Of a stretch of 64,000 nt of DNA, positions 1-13,580 are shown piece by piece. Both the position numbers and the translations under genes were made by a program. Every line of letters starts with the position of its first letter. The stretch's first letter is position 1. The notes beneath the pieces are model-generated. The model ran no database searches. It was not told the DNA's origin and saw only the letters and a program-made list of their open reading frames with translations. This DNA is from Callorhinchus milii (lineage: Eukaryota): contig NW_024704742.1 of assembly GCF_018977255.1 (NCBI RefSeq), positions 60,576,001 through 60,640,000 on the forward strand. The letters run 5' to 3'.

Positions 1-486
1 AAATCCTGTGAAGCGATTTGAGAACATTTTACAATGTAATTTGCTATCAAATGACAGGATTATTATAGTTACCCTGATACTATTTTAATTTTGTGATGTA
101 GTAATCTTATAGTGATTGTAGAGGGAGCTATAGACACACTATATTATGGTTTGGCAAGTTTATTCCTGTTTCTCAACATGCACTGACACAGTGTAAAGTA
201 GAACAAATAGCAGGATGAGCATTCTATGCCACAACCTTGTCTAGATGGTAAACTGACAGCAATTGTCTTGTTGATCGGTTTATATTGTTGAATATATGAT
301 GGGTCTCACAAGTCTCACAAGTAGGTCAAGGTAGCTCAAAATCTGGGAAAGGCAAAGAATGCATTTGGATACATGTTATTTCTGTGTCAAGATCCAGGAA
401 ACCCAAAATATTCTTTGAAAAACTAAAATGAATTTTAACTTTCTCAAATTAGTTTTATTAGCCTAAATTCTGGATGTGCTGAGACA

Positions 487-638
487 ATAATAATAATCCT
501 TGCATTTGATATAGCGCCTTATCACACCTTTGAGATGTCTCAAAGCGCTTCCAGGATATACTGTAAAGTGAACCGACTGCATATTTTGTGGGTGAAATGC
601 AGTAGCCAATCGCACACAAACAGTCGTGGATTGACTGA
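487..638 (-). mobile_element. SINE family A, 3' part
   Basis: (TAA)n-CCTTGCATTTGATATAGCGCC...CAAACAGTCGTGGATTGA is the reverse complement of the 3' half of the full copies at 43791 and 44511. Confidence 0.85.
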
Positions 639-1199
639 GATGACTGGGACATCTCAACGAAGTGATAAGGCACTATATCAAAAACAAAGACTATTATAAT
701 ATTTTAGTTTTTAATTATATCTATTATCATAAATTTTACCCCCGTAAATGCCAGTTGATGTCAGCTACTCTAACACCAGCTTATATCCATTTGTGGGGTT
801 GGTAGTACTATTGTATCTACTTTTATATTTGTACAATCACTGACAGACGTAATAAGAAAGCTCTCTCAAATAAAACATAGCTAATACTGAAAAGAGCTAA
901 CAAAAATAACACCTTACACTTATATAATGCCTTTCGCATAGGGAGCACATTTCAAAGACTGAGTGGGAGTAATCTATACAAACCTGTTTATATACATAAA
1001 ATGGCTACATTTTTATTTTAAAATATGAATTTGATTGTGCTGTATATTAACCAACTGTGTGCTCTCTCGTAGCCTGGCCAAGCATACAGTCTCACCACAT
1101 AAGGCAAAATGAATGAAAACTGACATTCTTAATGTTTCACATAGATCATCTACGATCATCAGAGGTCCTTTTATACTCCAGAGCTGGCAGGAGGTGAGG

Positions 1200-1600
1200 A
1201 GCAGATTGAGGGCTTTAATGACCCATTCCATTGGGAGGAGGTGATCTCCACACAGGAACCTTGCTAATGGCAAGGTAGCGGGTTCAGACAGCATTGATGT
1301 TGAGTTCCTAAAAACTGCTCGGGGTGGGTGGTGGGAGGAGAGCAAGAAGGGACAAAGAATGGTGAGGATCTTACAGACCCAAGCCAGAAACCTCCAACTC
1401 AACGTGTAGTTGTCCTCATACTGCTGGTCAACAGGACTCTCTGAGGCAGCAACTCCGTCAGTGTTCCAGAATGCAACGGTGGTTTCTGTCCACAAGGCGG
1501 GTGACCCTAGTGAGACTGAGAATTACACAGTCACTGATGCATCAAACTCATTGGAGGATCGTGGTTTGATCAGGAAGGACCAGGCTTCTGTTCTTGTGAG
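1200..1600 (+). mobile_element. Decayed non-LTR retrotransposon ORF2 fragment (region just before RT; RTE/RTEX-like?)
   Basis: Frameshifted translation gives NDPFHWEEV..GKVAGSDSIDVEFLK..VFQNATVVSVHKAGDPSETENY..LEDRGLIRKDQ, matching the LINE pattern GKAxGxDxIxxExLK..WxxAxVxPIxKxGDxxxxxNYRPI..QxGF. Confidence 0.65.
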
Positions 1601-2073
1601 GAATGTGTGGGATAATTTCAATAGTTTGATTAAATTGGAAAATTCTTGTAAAGAATTCTAGCAGTGATACTTAGATTTTCTGTTGACTTTGGGTTTGAAG
1701 GATTGCAATATGGATATTGACGTGTATAAATCTGAATTAGATAACACAATCATGCACATGGATCACAGTTGCATTGACACAGGAGTATCTTAATTCCCTT
1801 TCCCACCTGCTCTATAACACTAGCAAGAACCGAACTTCACTTACCACACCCTCCGCTAGCTGGTAGGAATCCTATAGATGAATCTCTGCAATAAATCTAC
1901 CAGATTCTCCCCATTAGACCGGCACAGTTGGATGGTTACATCACTGTTTCAAGCAACATATGGCATCTCTCCCCTCACCATTTCCTCCAAAGGAATCATA
2001 GCACCAGAGATCAGATAAATAATCTGTTGTGATTTTGTTTCTCCATTCCACTGGCTGCCAGCCAATGAGTCTC

Positions 2074-2346
2074 AAGATTAAGGGTCAGCCTTTTTAAACT
2101 GAGTTGAGGAAACATTTCTTCACTCACAGGGTAGTGAATTCGTGGAATTCTCTACCCCAAAAGGCTGTTGATCCTCAGTCCTTGAACATATTTAAGGCTG
2201 AGGTTGATACATTTCTAAAGGATAGAGGGATTAAGGGATATGGGAATAGGGCGGGTAAATGTAATTAGGTTAGAAGATCAGCTATGATTTTATTAAATGG
2301 CGGAGCAGGCTCGAGGGGCCGAATGGCCTGCTCCTACGTCTTATGG
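2074..2346 (+). mobile_element. CR1 LINE 3' end
   Basis: ORF2 C-terminus RKHFFTHRVVNSWNSLP, then 3'UTR GGAGCAGGCTCGAGGGGCCGAATGGCCT; same 3'UTR at 60750-60845. Confidence 0.9.
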
Positions 2347-3804
2347 TCATATTTATATCCCAATAATTACAAACTTGCTTTATTATTTCACCACCTGTAA
2401 TGGTGTATGTATGGTAAGTGAACATCTACTGTTACAGAGAGTATTGCAGTTACAGGATATACACAGGAGTACAATGCACTCATAAAGGAGCATTGACAGC
2501 CTTTTTTTTGCTCCAAATCTCCTTCTAATTTTCTCTCCTTATGTCTCCTGCTTCAATGTAGAGATTCACCCTGGGAAAAGTTCCACAGCAGTGGTACTCT
2601 GTGTACGTATCCCACAAATGCACATTATTTATATGTGAGTCTGGACCATGAGTATCAGCCAGCTATTCAACAGCTCACCCCAATCCTTTCCTTATTTAGA
2701 GTCCGTACACACATATCAGATCATTATAACTTTGTTGAAACATTTCAGGATTTCATTGAATTTTGACCAATTATGGCACTTTTTCAAATAAAAACAAGTT
2801 TGGCAGAATACTGAGCTGTAAAGAACCGCAAGATCCCTTGTTCATTCAGTCCCAACTGAGCCTGTTATCTGATCTCAAACAATAGGAAGCAATCAAACAG
2901 GTGTCCTGTTTCTCAAACACAGCTAAATACCTATCCCCATAGAAAATAAAACAACCTCTGCTAATGTTCTGAGAGCTGAGCTGTATGCATACTTTAGTGA
3001 ACACCTTTCCTCAGTCAGAAAATTTGCCTGTTTCAAAAACTCAAAAAAGATGTTTGATCACTTGACCCGAACTATTTTGTTTTTGTTAAGGTAAAAGATA
3101 TAGCACAATATTGACACCTGTTCTGGAATTGGTCATTATCTGCCTGCTGTTCTTAGACCTCATTTGTGTGAACAAAAGAGTAAAATAACATAGATATAAC
3201 AAGTCTGACTTGTCCCAACTCTTAGCTGGGATATTTCCTATGTACAACCCTGTTTCTAGCTACCTGTGAGTGGACCAATGTTGGTAGGAAGGGTGGAAGA
3301 AAATTTTAAGTTATTGAACTTCTTATTGAGTGGAATCTAGTGGGTGATTCTCAATTGATAAATTTCACTTAATTACTTACTAATGGTCAGAGAATTAATT
3401 CTTAAGAGCCCTCGCATGTTTAATTGGTAGCACTCTTACCTTTGAGTCAGAAGGTTATGCTCAAGTGCTGTATCATTTAGAGTCTTACTGGAAATAAGAA
3501 CTTGATTCGAGCCATTATTGGAAAAGATTGGGGCTCATTTTCCAATTCACTCAACTTGTAAACAATTTGTTGTCAAGCTAAAATCTGCCTCATCTATTCT
3601 ACATTTTTTTAGATACGGAAAATTGTGTATTACGTTAAGACAGTTTTGGAAGGGAAGTATTCCTGACTTCCACATTCTAAGTCAGTGGAAGAAATCTCTG
3701 ACTATAATCTCTTTTAAACTGGTCACAAGGGAGAAAATAGCTTAGAAATTGAAGGAAATGAGAAATGTAGGAAATGTGAAAAACTGAAGCATTCACACAG
3801 GTGT

Positions 3805-4445
3805 TGCTGCATCCTGGGATCCTCAAGGAGGTAGTTGAAGCTGTTTGCTATTTCTAGTAGCTGCAAAAATTGCAGCTGTACCTGAGGCCTAGAGGATGGC
3901 AAATGTTATCCCATTACTCAAAAAAGGAGTAGTACAAAAGCCTGGAAATCACCAATCAGTTAAATTAGTTTAATAATTAATAATAATCCTTGCATTTGAT
4001 ATAGTGCCTTATCACGGCTTCAAGACGTCTCAAAACCCTTCACAGAATATACTGTAAAGTGAATTGTCTACATTGTGTGGGCGAAATGCGACAGCCAATT
4101 GCACATAGCAGTGTCCCACAAACAGTTGTGGATTGAAGTGACCAATTTATTTATATTTTTTTCAAGGAATTATTGTCCCCAGAAAAGCGATCAGTTAATT
4201 AACTAACAACTAGGCTTCTACTTACTGCTAGGTAAACAGAAGCGTGTGGAGTAAGGAAACTTGCCCAAAAAATCCAGGTCTCTCGCTTGCGAGGCGAGTG
4301 CTCTAACCACTGAGCGACAAGACTGCAGTTTAACAATATGAAACAGATGGTGACAATAAATGGAAATATTGTATCTGAGGTAGTGATCAGCAGATTCCTA
4401 CAAATGTTTGCTTTTAGTTCCCTTCTGTTACGTTTGTGGTCAATA
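3805..4445 (+). mobile_element. Old CR1 RT fragment split by a SINE
   Basis: HPGILKEV..VPEA*RMANVIPLLKKG..KPGN at 3810-3960, resuming as QMVTING after the SINE at ~4340. Confidence 0.7.
3972..4326 (-). mobile_element. SINE family A, long form (partly deleted)
   Basis: Tail, CTTACTGCTAGGTAAACAG middle block, and head GGTCTCTCGCTTGCGAGGCGAGTGCTCTAACCACTGAGC. Confidence 0.85.
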
Positions 4446-4660
4446 TCAGCCTAGCTTAGTAGGTAGCATTCCCACTTCTTGTTAGAAGATTGTGGGTTTA
4501 AACCCAAATTCAGGATTTTGAACATTGCTGGAAGTGCTGTTCTTTGAATGAGATTTGAACAGAAGTGGGTCCCATCTGCATGTTCAGATTGACCTAAAGA
4601 TCCCTTCGTCTCCTCCGAAAGGAGGCACCACCAACAATGCAGCACTTTCCCGGCAGTATA
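4445..4660 (+). mobile_element. SINE family B (DeuSINE-like), 5'/central part
   Basis: Head ..AGAAGATTGTGGGTTTAAACCC and Deu-like core ..GTTCAGATTGACCTAAAGATCCC. Confidence 0.65.
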
Positions 4661-5559
4661 TTGCAATGTGAACAACAACAACTTGCATTTACATTGCGCC
4701 CTCCATACAGGATAGCATTCCATAAAGATGTACACTCAATCTAAACTACGAGCTCAAAGTCTCGAAGAGGGCCTTGAATATGCAACCTTCTGACTTAGAG
4801 GCAAGAATACCACAGTTTCCATGAACTAATGTACTGTGTATATATTCAGTTAGAAAATAATTTACCAGGGATGCTATATAATTTACAGGCATAGCTTTTT
4901 GTCAGCTGTCAAGAGAAAACATCCCACAGACTCATAAGGATTAACTGAAGATAGATTTAAAAAAACTCATTCATGAAATCCATTTTCCTTCCGTTATAAG
5001 CAAGCCAGTCATAAAGAAGTCCATTGTAAAGTTCATAGTTCAACAGCTTGAGTGATTTAAACTTCTCCTAAAAAGTAGCATCTGCTTTCTGTAAATATGT
5101 ATGTTTCATAGTTTATGGTTAAAAAATACATTTTGCAATTCAGCATTCAGAAACAACAATGGAAAATTACTGGAATGACATATTTGCGTGGCTGTCTTGA
5201 GGTCTGCAGATCAGGAAGTAGTAATATCCTTTTCCCCCAATGATACATTTTCTAGCTGTAATACCAATCTGAGCTCACCAGCACAATGTATGGCCCTTTT
5301 AACCCAAACACTTTTGGTATGGTTCAGTGCCACTCTGCATACTGCATGGTACACAATCAGGTCAATTGTAAATATATTCGGCAGAAAATCAAGAGTCACA
5401 GTTCCGACTTTGAATTCAAATCTTGAATTCCAAGTCATTTTCTATCAATTAATTTAAATGTAACAGAATTGGGGGAATAAACATAATAATAATAATCATC
5501 CTTGTATTTGATATAGCGCCTTATCACGTCTTCTAGACATCTCTAATCTCTTCACAGAA

Positions 5560-5880
5560 TGGAGTCCTGTAGCTCGGTGGTTAGAGCACTCGCTTTGCAA
5601 GCGAGAGACCTGGGTTAGATTCCTGGCAGGGCAAAACCTTGGGTAAGTTTCCTTACTTCACACGCCTGATAATAATTCCTCAAGAAAAGAAATAATAATT
5701 ATTTGGTCACTTCAATCCACGACTGTTTGTGGGACACTGCTGTGTGCAATTGACTGCTGCATTTTCCCACAAATATACAGTCAATTTACTTTACAGTTTA
5801 TTCTGTGAAGCGCTTTGAGACATCTAGAAGACATGAAAAGCGCTATATCAAATGCAAGAATTATTAGTATAATAATAATA
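5560..5880 (+). mobile_element. SINE family A, short form, full length, nested in an older antisense copy (5483-5559 + 5881-5980)
   Basis: TGGAGTCCTGTAGCTCGGTGGTTAGAGCACTCGCTTTGCAAGCGAG tRNA-like head through to tail; both flanks join into one minus-strand SINE tail. Confidence 0.9.
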
Positions 5881-6319
5881 ATTTACTGTATCGTGGATTG
5901 ACTGTGTATTTTGTGGGCAAAACACGGCAGTCAATTGCACACAGTAGTATCCCATAAACAACGGTGGATTGAGTGACCACATTGTTACTACTTATATATC
6001 TATTTTTTACAATCTTAACATTTTTTTAAATAATACATATTTTGTTAAAGTATATGTCAAATTCTGTAGTTGTTTGTGGGACAAGCATTTCTACATTCTT
6101 AGATTAAAATTCTTAATTGGCCCTCATTAACAGATGGGGCTCAGAACAATATTACCTTTCTATTCAAATTCTACCTTTTTGAGGTTTTCAACATAATTGG
6201 AAATGTATTATATTTCTCATTGGGCTTGCAAGGAACCATCACGGCAGATTTGGTAGCAGCTAGGATTGAGAGCCTGTTATTTTATATATAGTCAAATATT
6301 CGTTCGCTTCAGCTGTTGC

Positions 6320-7000
6320 CCCCACATTGGTGCCGAGACCCGTTCTGCCTTTCTGCACCTCCGCAACATTGCCCGCCTCCGCCACTGTCTCTCACCAAAG
6401 GCCACCGAGACCCTGTTCCACCCTTTCAATATGTACTGGCTTGACTATGACATCTGCCTGTCCACTGGACTTCCCAACTCTCCCCTCCACAAGCTGCAGA
6501 TTATTCAGAACTCCCGAGCTTTTGCCCTCTGCTGCAGCGGGCTCCAGGAACCTATTACCCCTATCTTGCCCGGCTTCACTGGCTGCCCATTCCTCAGAGA
6601 ATCGAGTACAAGACACTCGTTCTTACCTTCAAGGCCCTCCACGGTCTTGTTCCCCCTACCTCTCTGACCTCATAACCCCATATCAGCTTGTCCACTCCCT
6701 CTGCTTGGCAGACACCGGACTTGCTTCAGGTCCCCTGCACTCCCGCCCCACCATTGGTGGTTGGGCATTCAGCATCTCTGCCCCCACACTCTGGTACTCT
6801 ATCCAGCAATCCCTCCGCCTCAACCCCTCTCTTATCTCCTTCAAGTTCCTCTTCGATTGTGCCTTTTACCACTCTCCCAAATCCCCTGCCCTCCTCCCCT
6901 TCTGACTCCAACTCCCAGCTCGGGTCCAAGACCCTTGATTGTCCAGCTTCCTGGGACATCTTTCCAGATAACTGTAATTTGTTGTTTTTGTTGCTGTTGC
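6320..7000 (+). mobile_element. L2 LINE 3' fragment (RT C-terminus + 3'UTR)
   Basis: SAFLHLRNIARLRHCL..LDY..LQIIQN..GGWAFSISAPTLW; (TTG)n tail. Confidence 0.9.
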
Positions 7001-8605
7001 TTTTGGCCATAAATATGGATCTCTTGGACGCTACAAGCCATGCAGATTTTTCTCAAATGAGTACAGAGACTCTTTTCTCCCAGTTTAGTCCCAGCCCTGA
7101 CAATGTAGGGAGTATATTTCCATGCTCTGCAACACTACTTTGAGTGTTGTCATAAGGCTGACATTATTTTCATTCTTCAAATGCTTGTGGGTGCTTTTTG
7201 GGGTATCGTTATATCTCTATTTGTTTAACAACAATTCGCCCACAAAATACAAAGTCAACCACCTTACAGTATGTACTTTGAAACGTTTGAGATGTCTTGA
7301 CAATATGAAAGGCTCTATATCCCATGGAAGGGTTATCAGTATTATGTAGGACTTCTAAATATTTTGTAGGTGATGTTAAAGATGAATTGACCCCATGATC
7401 TGTGTGTAAATTTTTCAAACAATCTTGTAGTGTTCAGGGCTATTGTGCAGGAGATTGACAAGTTAGTATGCCCTCACAATGCAATACACAATTTAAAGAA
7501 GACATATGAGGAGCAATCCCACGTGGGTCTAGATCAGACTTGTCCAGCACATTAGCCACTAGCCACGTGGGGTAAATTGGGAATCCAAATGTGGCTAAAT
7601 TGCATTTTTGATTAATAAATTTTAAAAAATGTTGGTCGTGTGTTTTCAATACGCAAAGTATGATATATAAATGTGCACTTTGACCTTTTTGTGTGTTTAA
7701 TGGTAAAATAGCAAAACGAAAAGAGAATGGTAGTAAATGTTTGTTAAGCAGATGTGCGTTGATGTGTAGAAAAGAAAGTAATTATTTTATAACTGAATAG
7801 CCAATGAGTAAAGAGTGATATGGGACCTCTTTATTTTGACCTTTGCTTGCAAATGCAAGCATTATTAGCAATATTGTGTTATTATAGACTGTGGTAGTTT
7901 CTTCCCAAGTAACATGAGATTTCGACAGTCTTCACTGAATACATACCACTGCAGCATTTAATAGATAAAACTGTTGTGTGATGCTGGATATTATTTGCAT
8001 GCTCAAACCTTGCTGTGAGAATCTTGAAAGATTAATATCTGGAATTAACATCTAGAGTAAAGATTCTGTCAAGAGAGGATCTCCAAATGAGTCAGGAGGA
8101 ATCCCTCTGCTTTTCACCTCTAAGGTTTCACGTTTGGAAAGCTACAGTATTCTGCATATTTCCTGAAGCAGCACCTGCTAAACACATTCTTCTTCACTTA
8201 AACAATTGCAATACTGTTCAGCAATCTGGACCAACAACCTATACCTCCCAAAAGAGAAATACGTTTTGTAAAAGCAAAACAGAATTAGATAGATAAATAA
8301 AAATCTTTTTTGGGCCAAGGAAAGCTATTAATACAATTAAATTGAAAGTAACTAATATGATCATATCACAGTAACAGAATTTATTTTAACGGTGTTTCCT
8401 ACTTATCTACTCATGTTTTATTCAGAAATACTGGATTTCTCATTAATCTTCCACAACTTTTAGTTATATTCGTCTTGTGGATTTCCCACAGCACATCCCA
8501 GTATGTTGCCAAAACTGCGGGTGGGAATCTGGCTTCCATCCTCTGTCATTATCAGACTTCAATCTGCTATGGAAAGCGTGGTGTTGGTGATTCTTCTGAT
8601 AAAGT

Positions 8606-9460
8606 GTCAACCTGGCTCAGTTGGTAGCACTCTCTCTGCTGCATCAGAAGTTTGTGGCTACAAATCCCACAGTGGGACTTTGAATCCATAGACTAGTTTA
8701 CCCCCGCCCCCTCCCTTCTCTCCCCTCACCCTGACCATTTCCCCCCTCCTCGCTCCCTCCCTTCCCTCCCCTCACCCTGACCATTTCTCCCCTGCTCAGG
8801 TCCTGACCCAACTGTCCAGCGCTTTGGGACGTCCTCCCGACGTGAAAGACGCTCTATAAATGGAATCTTGTTGTTGTTGTTGTTGTTGTAGATCACACTC
8901 CAGAGAAATACTGCATTGTTGGAAGTGCCATCCTTCAGATAAGACATACAGGTGAACATTAAATATCACATGGGACTACAACAACCTCAAAATTACATTT
9001 ATATAGTACCTTCACATCGGAGATTTGTCTCAAGGCACTGGGACTATTCAAAAAGAATGAACCTATTCCCTTGGCTCTTGCAACCTGTGCCTAACACTCT
9101 CTGGTATTAAGTAAGCAGGATGCCTCCCTCCAGTGAGAGAGTGTGCATTGCATTCCCATATCTAGATGGGATGCATGGAGCTATCATTTTGGTTTGGATA
9201 CTCTTAAGCATTGTGATGGGTGTCTGCATGTGTCAGATACCCTTTACCCTCCAAAAAAGAGAAGGGTGATTTCTGATTTATTCTTCAACAAACCACCAGA
9301 TAAAATTGTTCATTTACTTCATAGCTGCTTATAAAACATTGCTGTGGGCAATTGGCTGCTGCATTAGTCTGCAAATACAATCACTACACTCACAGTAAAA
9401 CTTGTAAAGTGCTTTGAAAGGTCTTGGCAATGTGAAAGGTGCTTTATTAAATGCAAGCAA
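8606..9460 (+). mobile_element. SINE family B copy interrupted by an L2 3' end (8701-8889), an antisense L2 tail (8978-9040) and a family X fragment (9057-9258)
   Basis: Head GTCAACCTGGCTCAGTTGGTAGCACTCTC; Deu core resumes at 8890 and 9259; tail at 9400-9460. Confidence 0.8.
9057..9258 (+). mobile_element. Family X, 5'-truncated copy
   Basis: Aligns to 59920-60110; flanked by CAAAAAGA (9049-9056) and CAAAAAAGA (9252-9260), a probable TSD. Confidence 0.75.
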
Positions 9461-9729
9461 TATTCATTTATATTCCATAATCTCCACTGAAGTTACTTGG
9501 TGTCTCTTCCTGGCAGGGTGGCTGAGAGTGACATTCTGCTACTCAGTAAAATCACCGACCTCGTGATGTGCCTCCGAAAGTGCTTCCTGTCAAAATTGTA
9601 TTGAAATCATTATTGTGGTGACAATGCAGTCATTAAACTCAGATAAAAGAAATATCATATGTTACAATTTAAAAGACCTTCAGAAACTTTTCATATATTA
9701 AAATGTACCCACGATTCCCATTTAGATAT

Positions 9730-10145
9730 CAGCATGTTGTAGCACTCTCACTTATGAGTCAAAATACTGTGGGTTTACAGCCCCTGTCATGATCTTGAAA
9801 TTGCAAGTCTAGGCTGACATTCCAATGTAGTGCTGTGTGGGGCGGGAGGGGGGCGGTATTTTTGGAAGTACTCTCCTTTGGATCAGATGTTAAACCAAGG
9901 TCACGTCTGTCTGCTCAGGTTGAAGTTATAGTTCCCATTGGCAGTACTTGAAAAGAGAAGGGAGTTTCTTCTATCTTGACCAACTAAAATTGGTTATTCC
10001 CTCCACTGACATTGCTATGCACAAATTGATTGGCACAATTGCCTCCAATATACATTGTAAGTACACTTTACAACATATCCTGAGAAGCTCTTTGAGACAT
10101 CCTTCTGGCGCAAAATGTGCTATATCAACAATAAGGATTATTATA
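9730..10145 (+). mobile_element. SINE family B, near full length
   Basis: GTAGCACTCTCACTTATGAGTC head, GATGTTAAACCAAGG..CTGTCTGCTCAGG core, SINE tail. Confidence 0.8.
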
Positions 10146-11164
10146 AACAGACGATAGGGCCTGAAATTATGTGGAGCACATCATGGCCATTAATGAAGAT
10201 GTGTGATGGAATTTGTGTAGTATTTGAAGCAGATATATTTCTATGTATGCGATCAATTCAGAAGGGTTCTTTGTGTAGTAAGTCAAACATCCACCAAGCC
10301 AGTTGAACTATATTAAATATACAGCAACAATGGTCTTGAAAGTTCCTCACAAATGTACGTCTTAAAGTGTTTCCTGTTGAGAGTATTTGCAAAATCCCAA
10401 ACATTATCTGATAATTATTACCTTCATTGTTGTGCAGTACTTTCTATCTTATAATTATGTGCAATGCTTATCTTACAAAATGGTACATTACTTTTTAACA
10501 GGGAACAAATCTTTATTCTAAGATATGTGAACTATTTAAACACTGTTTCCTGTAAATAATCCTCTTGTCAGGTCCAATGTGGAAAAGTGTACAGCTGTTA
10601 CATTTCAAAACAGCTTCAAAGCTTGTGGATATGACCAGTAGAATAGGGACACTTCACAGACAATGGAAAGTTCTTCATTAGTCTCTGTGTCGTGTGAGAC
10701 TGAAAAGGAGAGGTGCGATTAATAAGCTTGTCTCTTGAATTACTGCTGTTATTGGTCTGTTATGCCACAGTTTTAAGGAAATTTCATAATTTCCATTTAT
10801 CAATTACAGTGCAGCTCTGATATAACATGCTTATTTATAATGCAAATTTGGTTGCAATGTGGACCCCATGTTACTTTCACGCCAATGGCACTTGATGTTT
10901 TGCTGCACATGAATAAAGCAGGAAGTGATGTTAGCAGCAACTTAATGACCCAGAGGTCAGACATTTTAGCTTCCAATGCAAATAGAAAGGTCAAATTGAT
11001 GTATGCTAATGCTTGATCTTTAAATGTGTGGGAGAATTCTCTCTTTTGGATTCATACCTCATAGTCTGTACATCAATTTGTATGTCCTAAAATTTACAAC
11101 TTAAAAACAAAACTCTCTTTTGAAAGATGTGAAGTCAAATTTTGTATAAATGACTGTCCTCAAG

Positions 11165-11335
11165 ACTATGCATTTCATTTCGATTGCTGTGCCAATTGAC
11201 TCCTTGTTTCACCCACAATAAATACAGTCAATTCACTTTACAGTATATTCTGTGAAGCGCTTTGAGACGTCACAATGATGTGGTAAGGCACTATATCAAA
11301 TGCAAGGTTTATTGTTATTATTATCATTATTATTT
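11165..11335 (+). mobile_element. SINE family A, 3' part
   Basis: ATACAGTCAATTCACTTTACAGTATATTCTGTGAAGCGCTTTGAGACG..ATCAAATGCAAGG(TTA)n. Confidence 0.85.
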
Positions 11336-11984
11336 CTGGAAACTACTGCTACTCTGAGATATCATTGTGCTAGTTGCAGTGGAAGGTCTCCTCACTGAAC
11401 AATTGCATGGAAAGAACACAATCAAGGAACGGAAATGGCATGTGTGGACTGTTTCCAACTTCTGACATACACGCTGCAAACTTTACAAAAGATTGAGGAG
11501 TAACATCAAAACAGAGACATCATGACTCATCATGTCACAAAAAGTATATGGCAGTTAGGATAAGATGTGGATAGAATTGCAAATGATCTCCTATCTGTTA
11601 CTCTTTTCTGAAGTTCTGAAGGACGTGCAAAAGGAAAGAGATGAATGCCTCAAGCCTCGTCCAGGAGTATTTTGGCAGTGAAGAGAAGTCGACAATTTCA
11701 GCATGTCAGTGTCCACATGCTGCATCTTCCTTTGAAGTGGTGGGCTTCAATGATTTGCAGCAGTGCTACATGGGTATTAATAGTGCATGCAATGAAGAAA
11801 ACCATGAAAAAGACAGAAATGTAATGAATCAATCACATTAGCATGTGTCATTACTGAATACTTCAACATAAGTCGGCACATCCAAACTTCAAATGAGACA
11901 TTAAACTGGAATTACGTCTGCCTGTTCAGGTGGACATTAAAAATTCTATAGCACTATTGAAAAAGAGAAGGGAGTTTCTTCTCC

Positions 11985-12460
11985 CCAGCCTCCCCAGCTC
12001 TATCCTCCACAAGCTCCAGATCATCTAGAACTCGCCAGTCTGCATTTTCTTCCACAGTAGATTCAATGAGTCCATCACTCCTGTTCTCATCAGCTCCACT
12101 GGCTTCTTCAGTGGATTGAAATTAAGATCCTTATCTCACAGCATTGTCCTATCCATACCACTCTAATATGTGACCCTATTCCCCTGGCCACTTCTTCTGC
12201 TCCAGTAACTCTGGCTATTTTCATGCCTTCTTATTCATTCTGCTCCATCCTTTTAGCCACTTTACTACCACCCTCTGGTACTCAAATCCCTCCACCTTGC
12301 CCCTTCCCTCTCTGATTTCAAAACCTGTTTGAAGACCTATTTATAATTACACCCTTGACTTACCACCTTGTAGACCTCCAGGTTGGAACCCCACTCAAGC
12401 CTTGTAAAGCCCTTTGAGATGTTCTCCCTACATGACAGGCGCTACATATATGAAAGGTGT
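11985..12460 (+). mobile_element. Old L2 3' fragment, preceded by a SINE B core at 11870-11985
   Basis: CTCCACAAGCTCCAGATCATC..CTCCACTGGCT.. and an L2-type tail. Confidence 0.7.
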
Positions 12461-12679
12461 TAAAATCAATTTCCCAGAAGCACTTTGAGACATTTTGAAG
12501 TATCAGCAATATATCATAGATCATTATGATTTTTTTTTGTATTATTCAAAGTTTTCATAACATAAGTAAAATAAGAAATGCATGTCCTAAGATATACAAA
12601 CCATTATATACATTCAGTATACCTATTATAATAATCTTTGCATTTGATATGACATCTTATTACATTGTGGAGTCCTGTA

Positions 12680-13006
12680 TAATAATAATAATAATAATCC
12701 TTGCATTTGATATAGCGCTTTTCACGTCGGGAGGACGTCCGAAAGCGCTTCACAGAACACACTGTAAAGTGAATTGACTGTATATTTGTGGGCGAACGCG
12801 GCAGCCAATTGCGCACAGCAATGTCCCACAAACAGTCATAGATTGAAAATGACCAATTTATTATTGTTTTTGGTTTTGGAGGGATTATTATTAGGCTCTG
12901 GGTGGAGTAAGGAAACTTGCCCAAGGTTTCACCCTGCCAGGAATTGAACTCAGGTCTCTCGCTTCCAAAGCGAGTGCTCTAACCACTGAGCTACAGAACT
13001 CCACAA
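12680..13006 (-). mobile_element. SINE family A, short form, young full-length copy
   Basis: Near-identical to 40637-40948 and the reverse complement of 44511-44814; CpGs retained. Confidence 0.92.
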
Positions 13007-13312
13007 GTAGCTCAGTGGTTAGACCACTCGCCTTGCAAGTGAGAGACCTGGGTTTGATTCCTGGCAGGGCGAAACCTTGGGCAAGTTTCCTTACTCCACA
13101 CACCTGATACAAATCCCTCAAGAAAAAAAACAATAATAAATTGGTTGCTTCAATCCACGACTGTTTGTGGGACATTGCTGTGTGCAATTGGCTGCCGCGT
13201 TTCGCCCACAAATATACAGTCAATTCACTTTTCAGTTTATTCTGTGACACACTTTGAGACTTCTGGAAGACATTAAAAGCGCTATATCAAATGCAATGAT
13301 TATTATTATTAT
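13007..13312 (+). mobile_element. SINE family A, short form; its first 12 nt lie at 12668-12679
   Basis: TGGAGTCCTGTA (12668-12679) joins GTAGCTCAGTGG (13007) to give a complete head. Confidence 0.9.
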
Positions 13313-13314
13313 TG

Positions 13315-13580
13315 TCAAGATGTCTCCAAAGCTCTTCTCAAAATTTACGGATAAGTTGTGACTGTATATTTGTAGATAATCTCCCACAAACAGCCATGAA
13401 TGAAGTGAATGACTGAGCTAGAACATCGGAAGAAACTCCATTCTCTTTTCAATAGTGCCACAGATTTTTAAATTCCATTTGATCAGGCAGACAGGACCTC
13501 AATTTAATGTTTCACCTGAAGGGCACCATCTTCAACAATGCAACGCACCCCAACATTGCATTGGAGTGTCACCTAGATTG
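13315..13580 (-). mobile_element. SINE family B
   Basis: CTCTTTTCAATAGTGCC..CAGGCAGACAGGACCTC..TTTAATGT, the reverse of the Deu-like core. Confidence 0.75.

Noticed and set aside
2500..2715. Possible old interspersed repeat, loosely similar to 28440-28610
   Set aside because: Too diverged to align or name reliably by eye.
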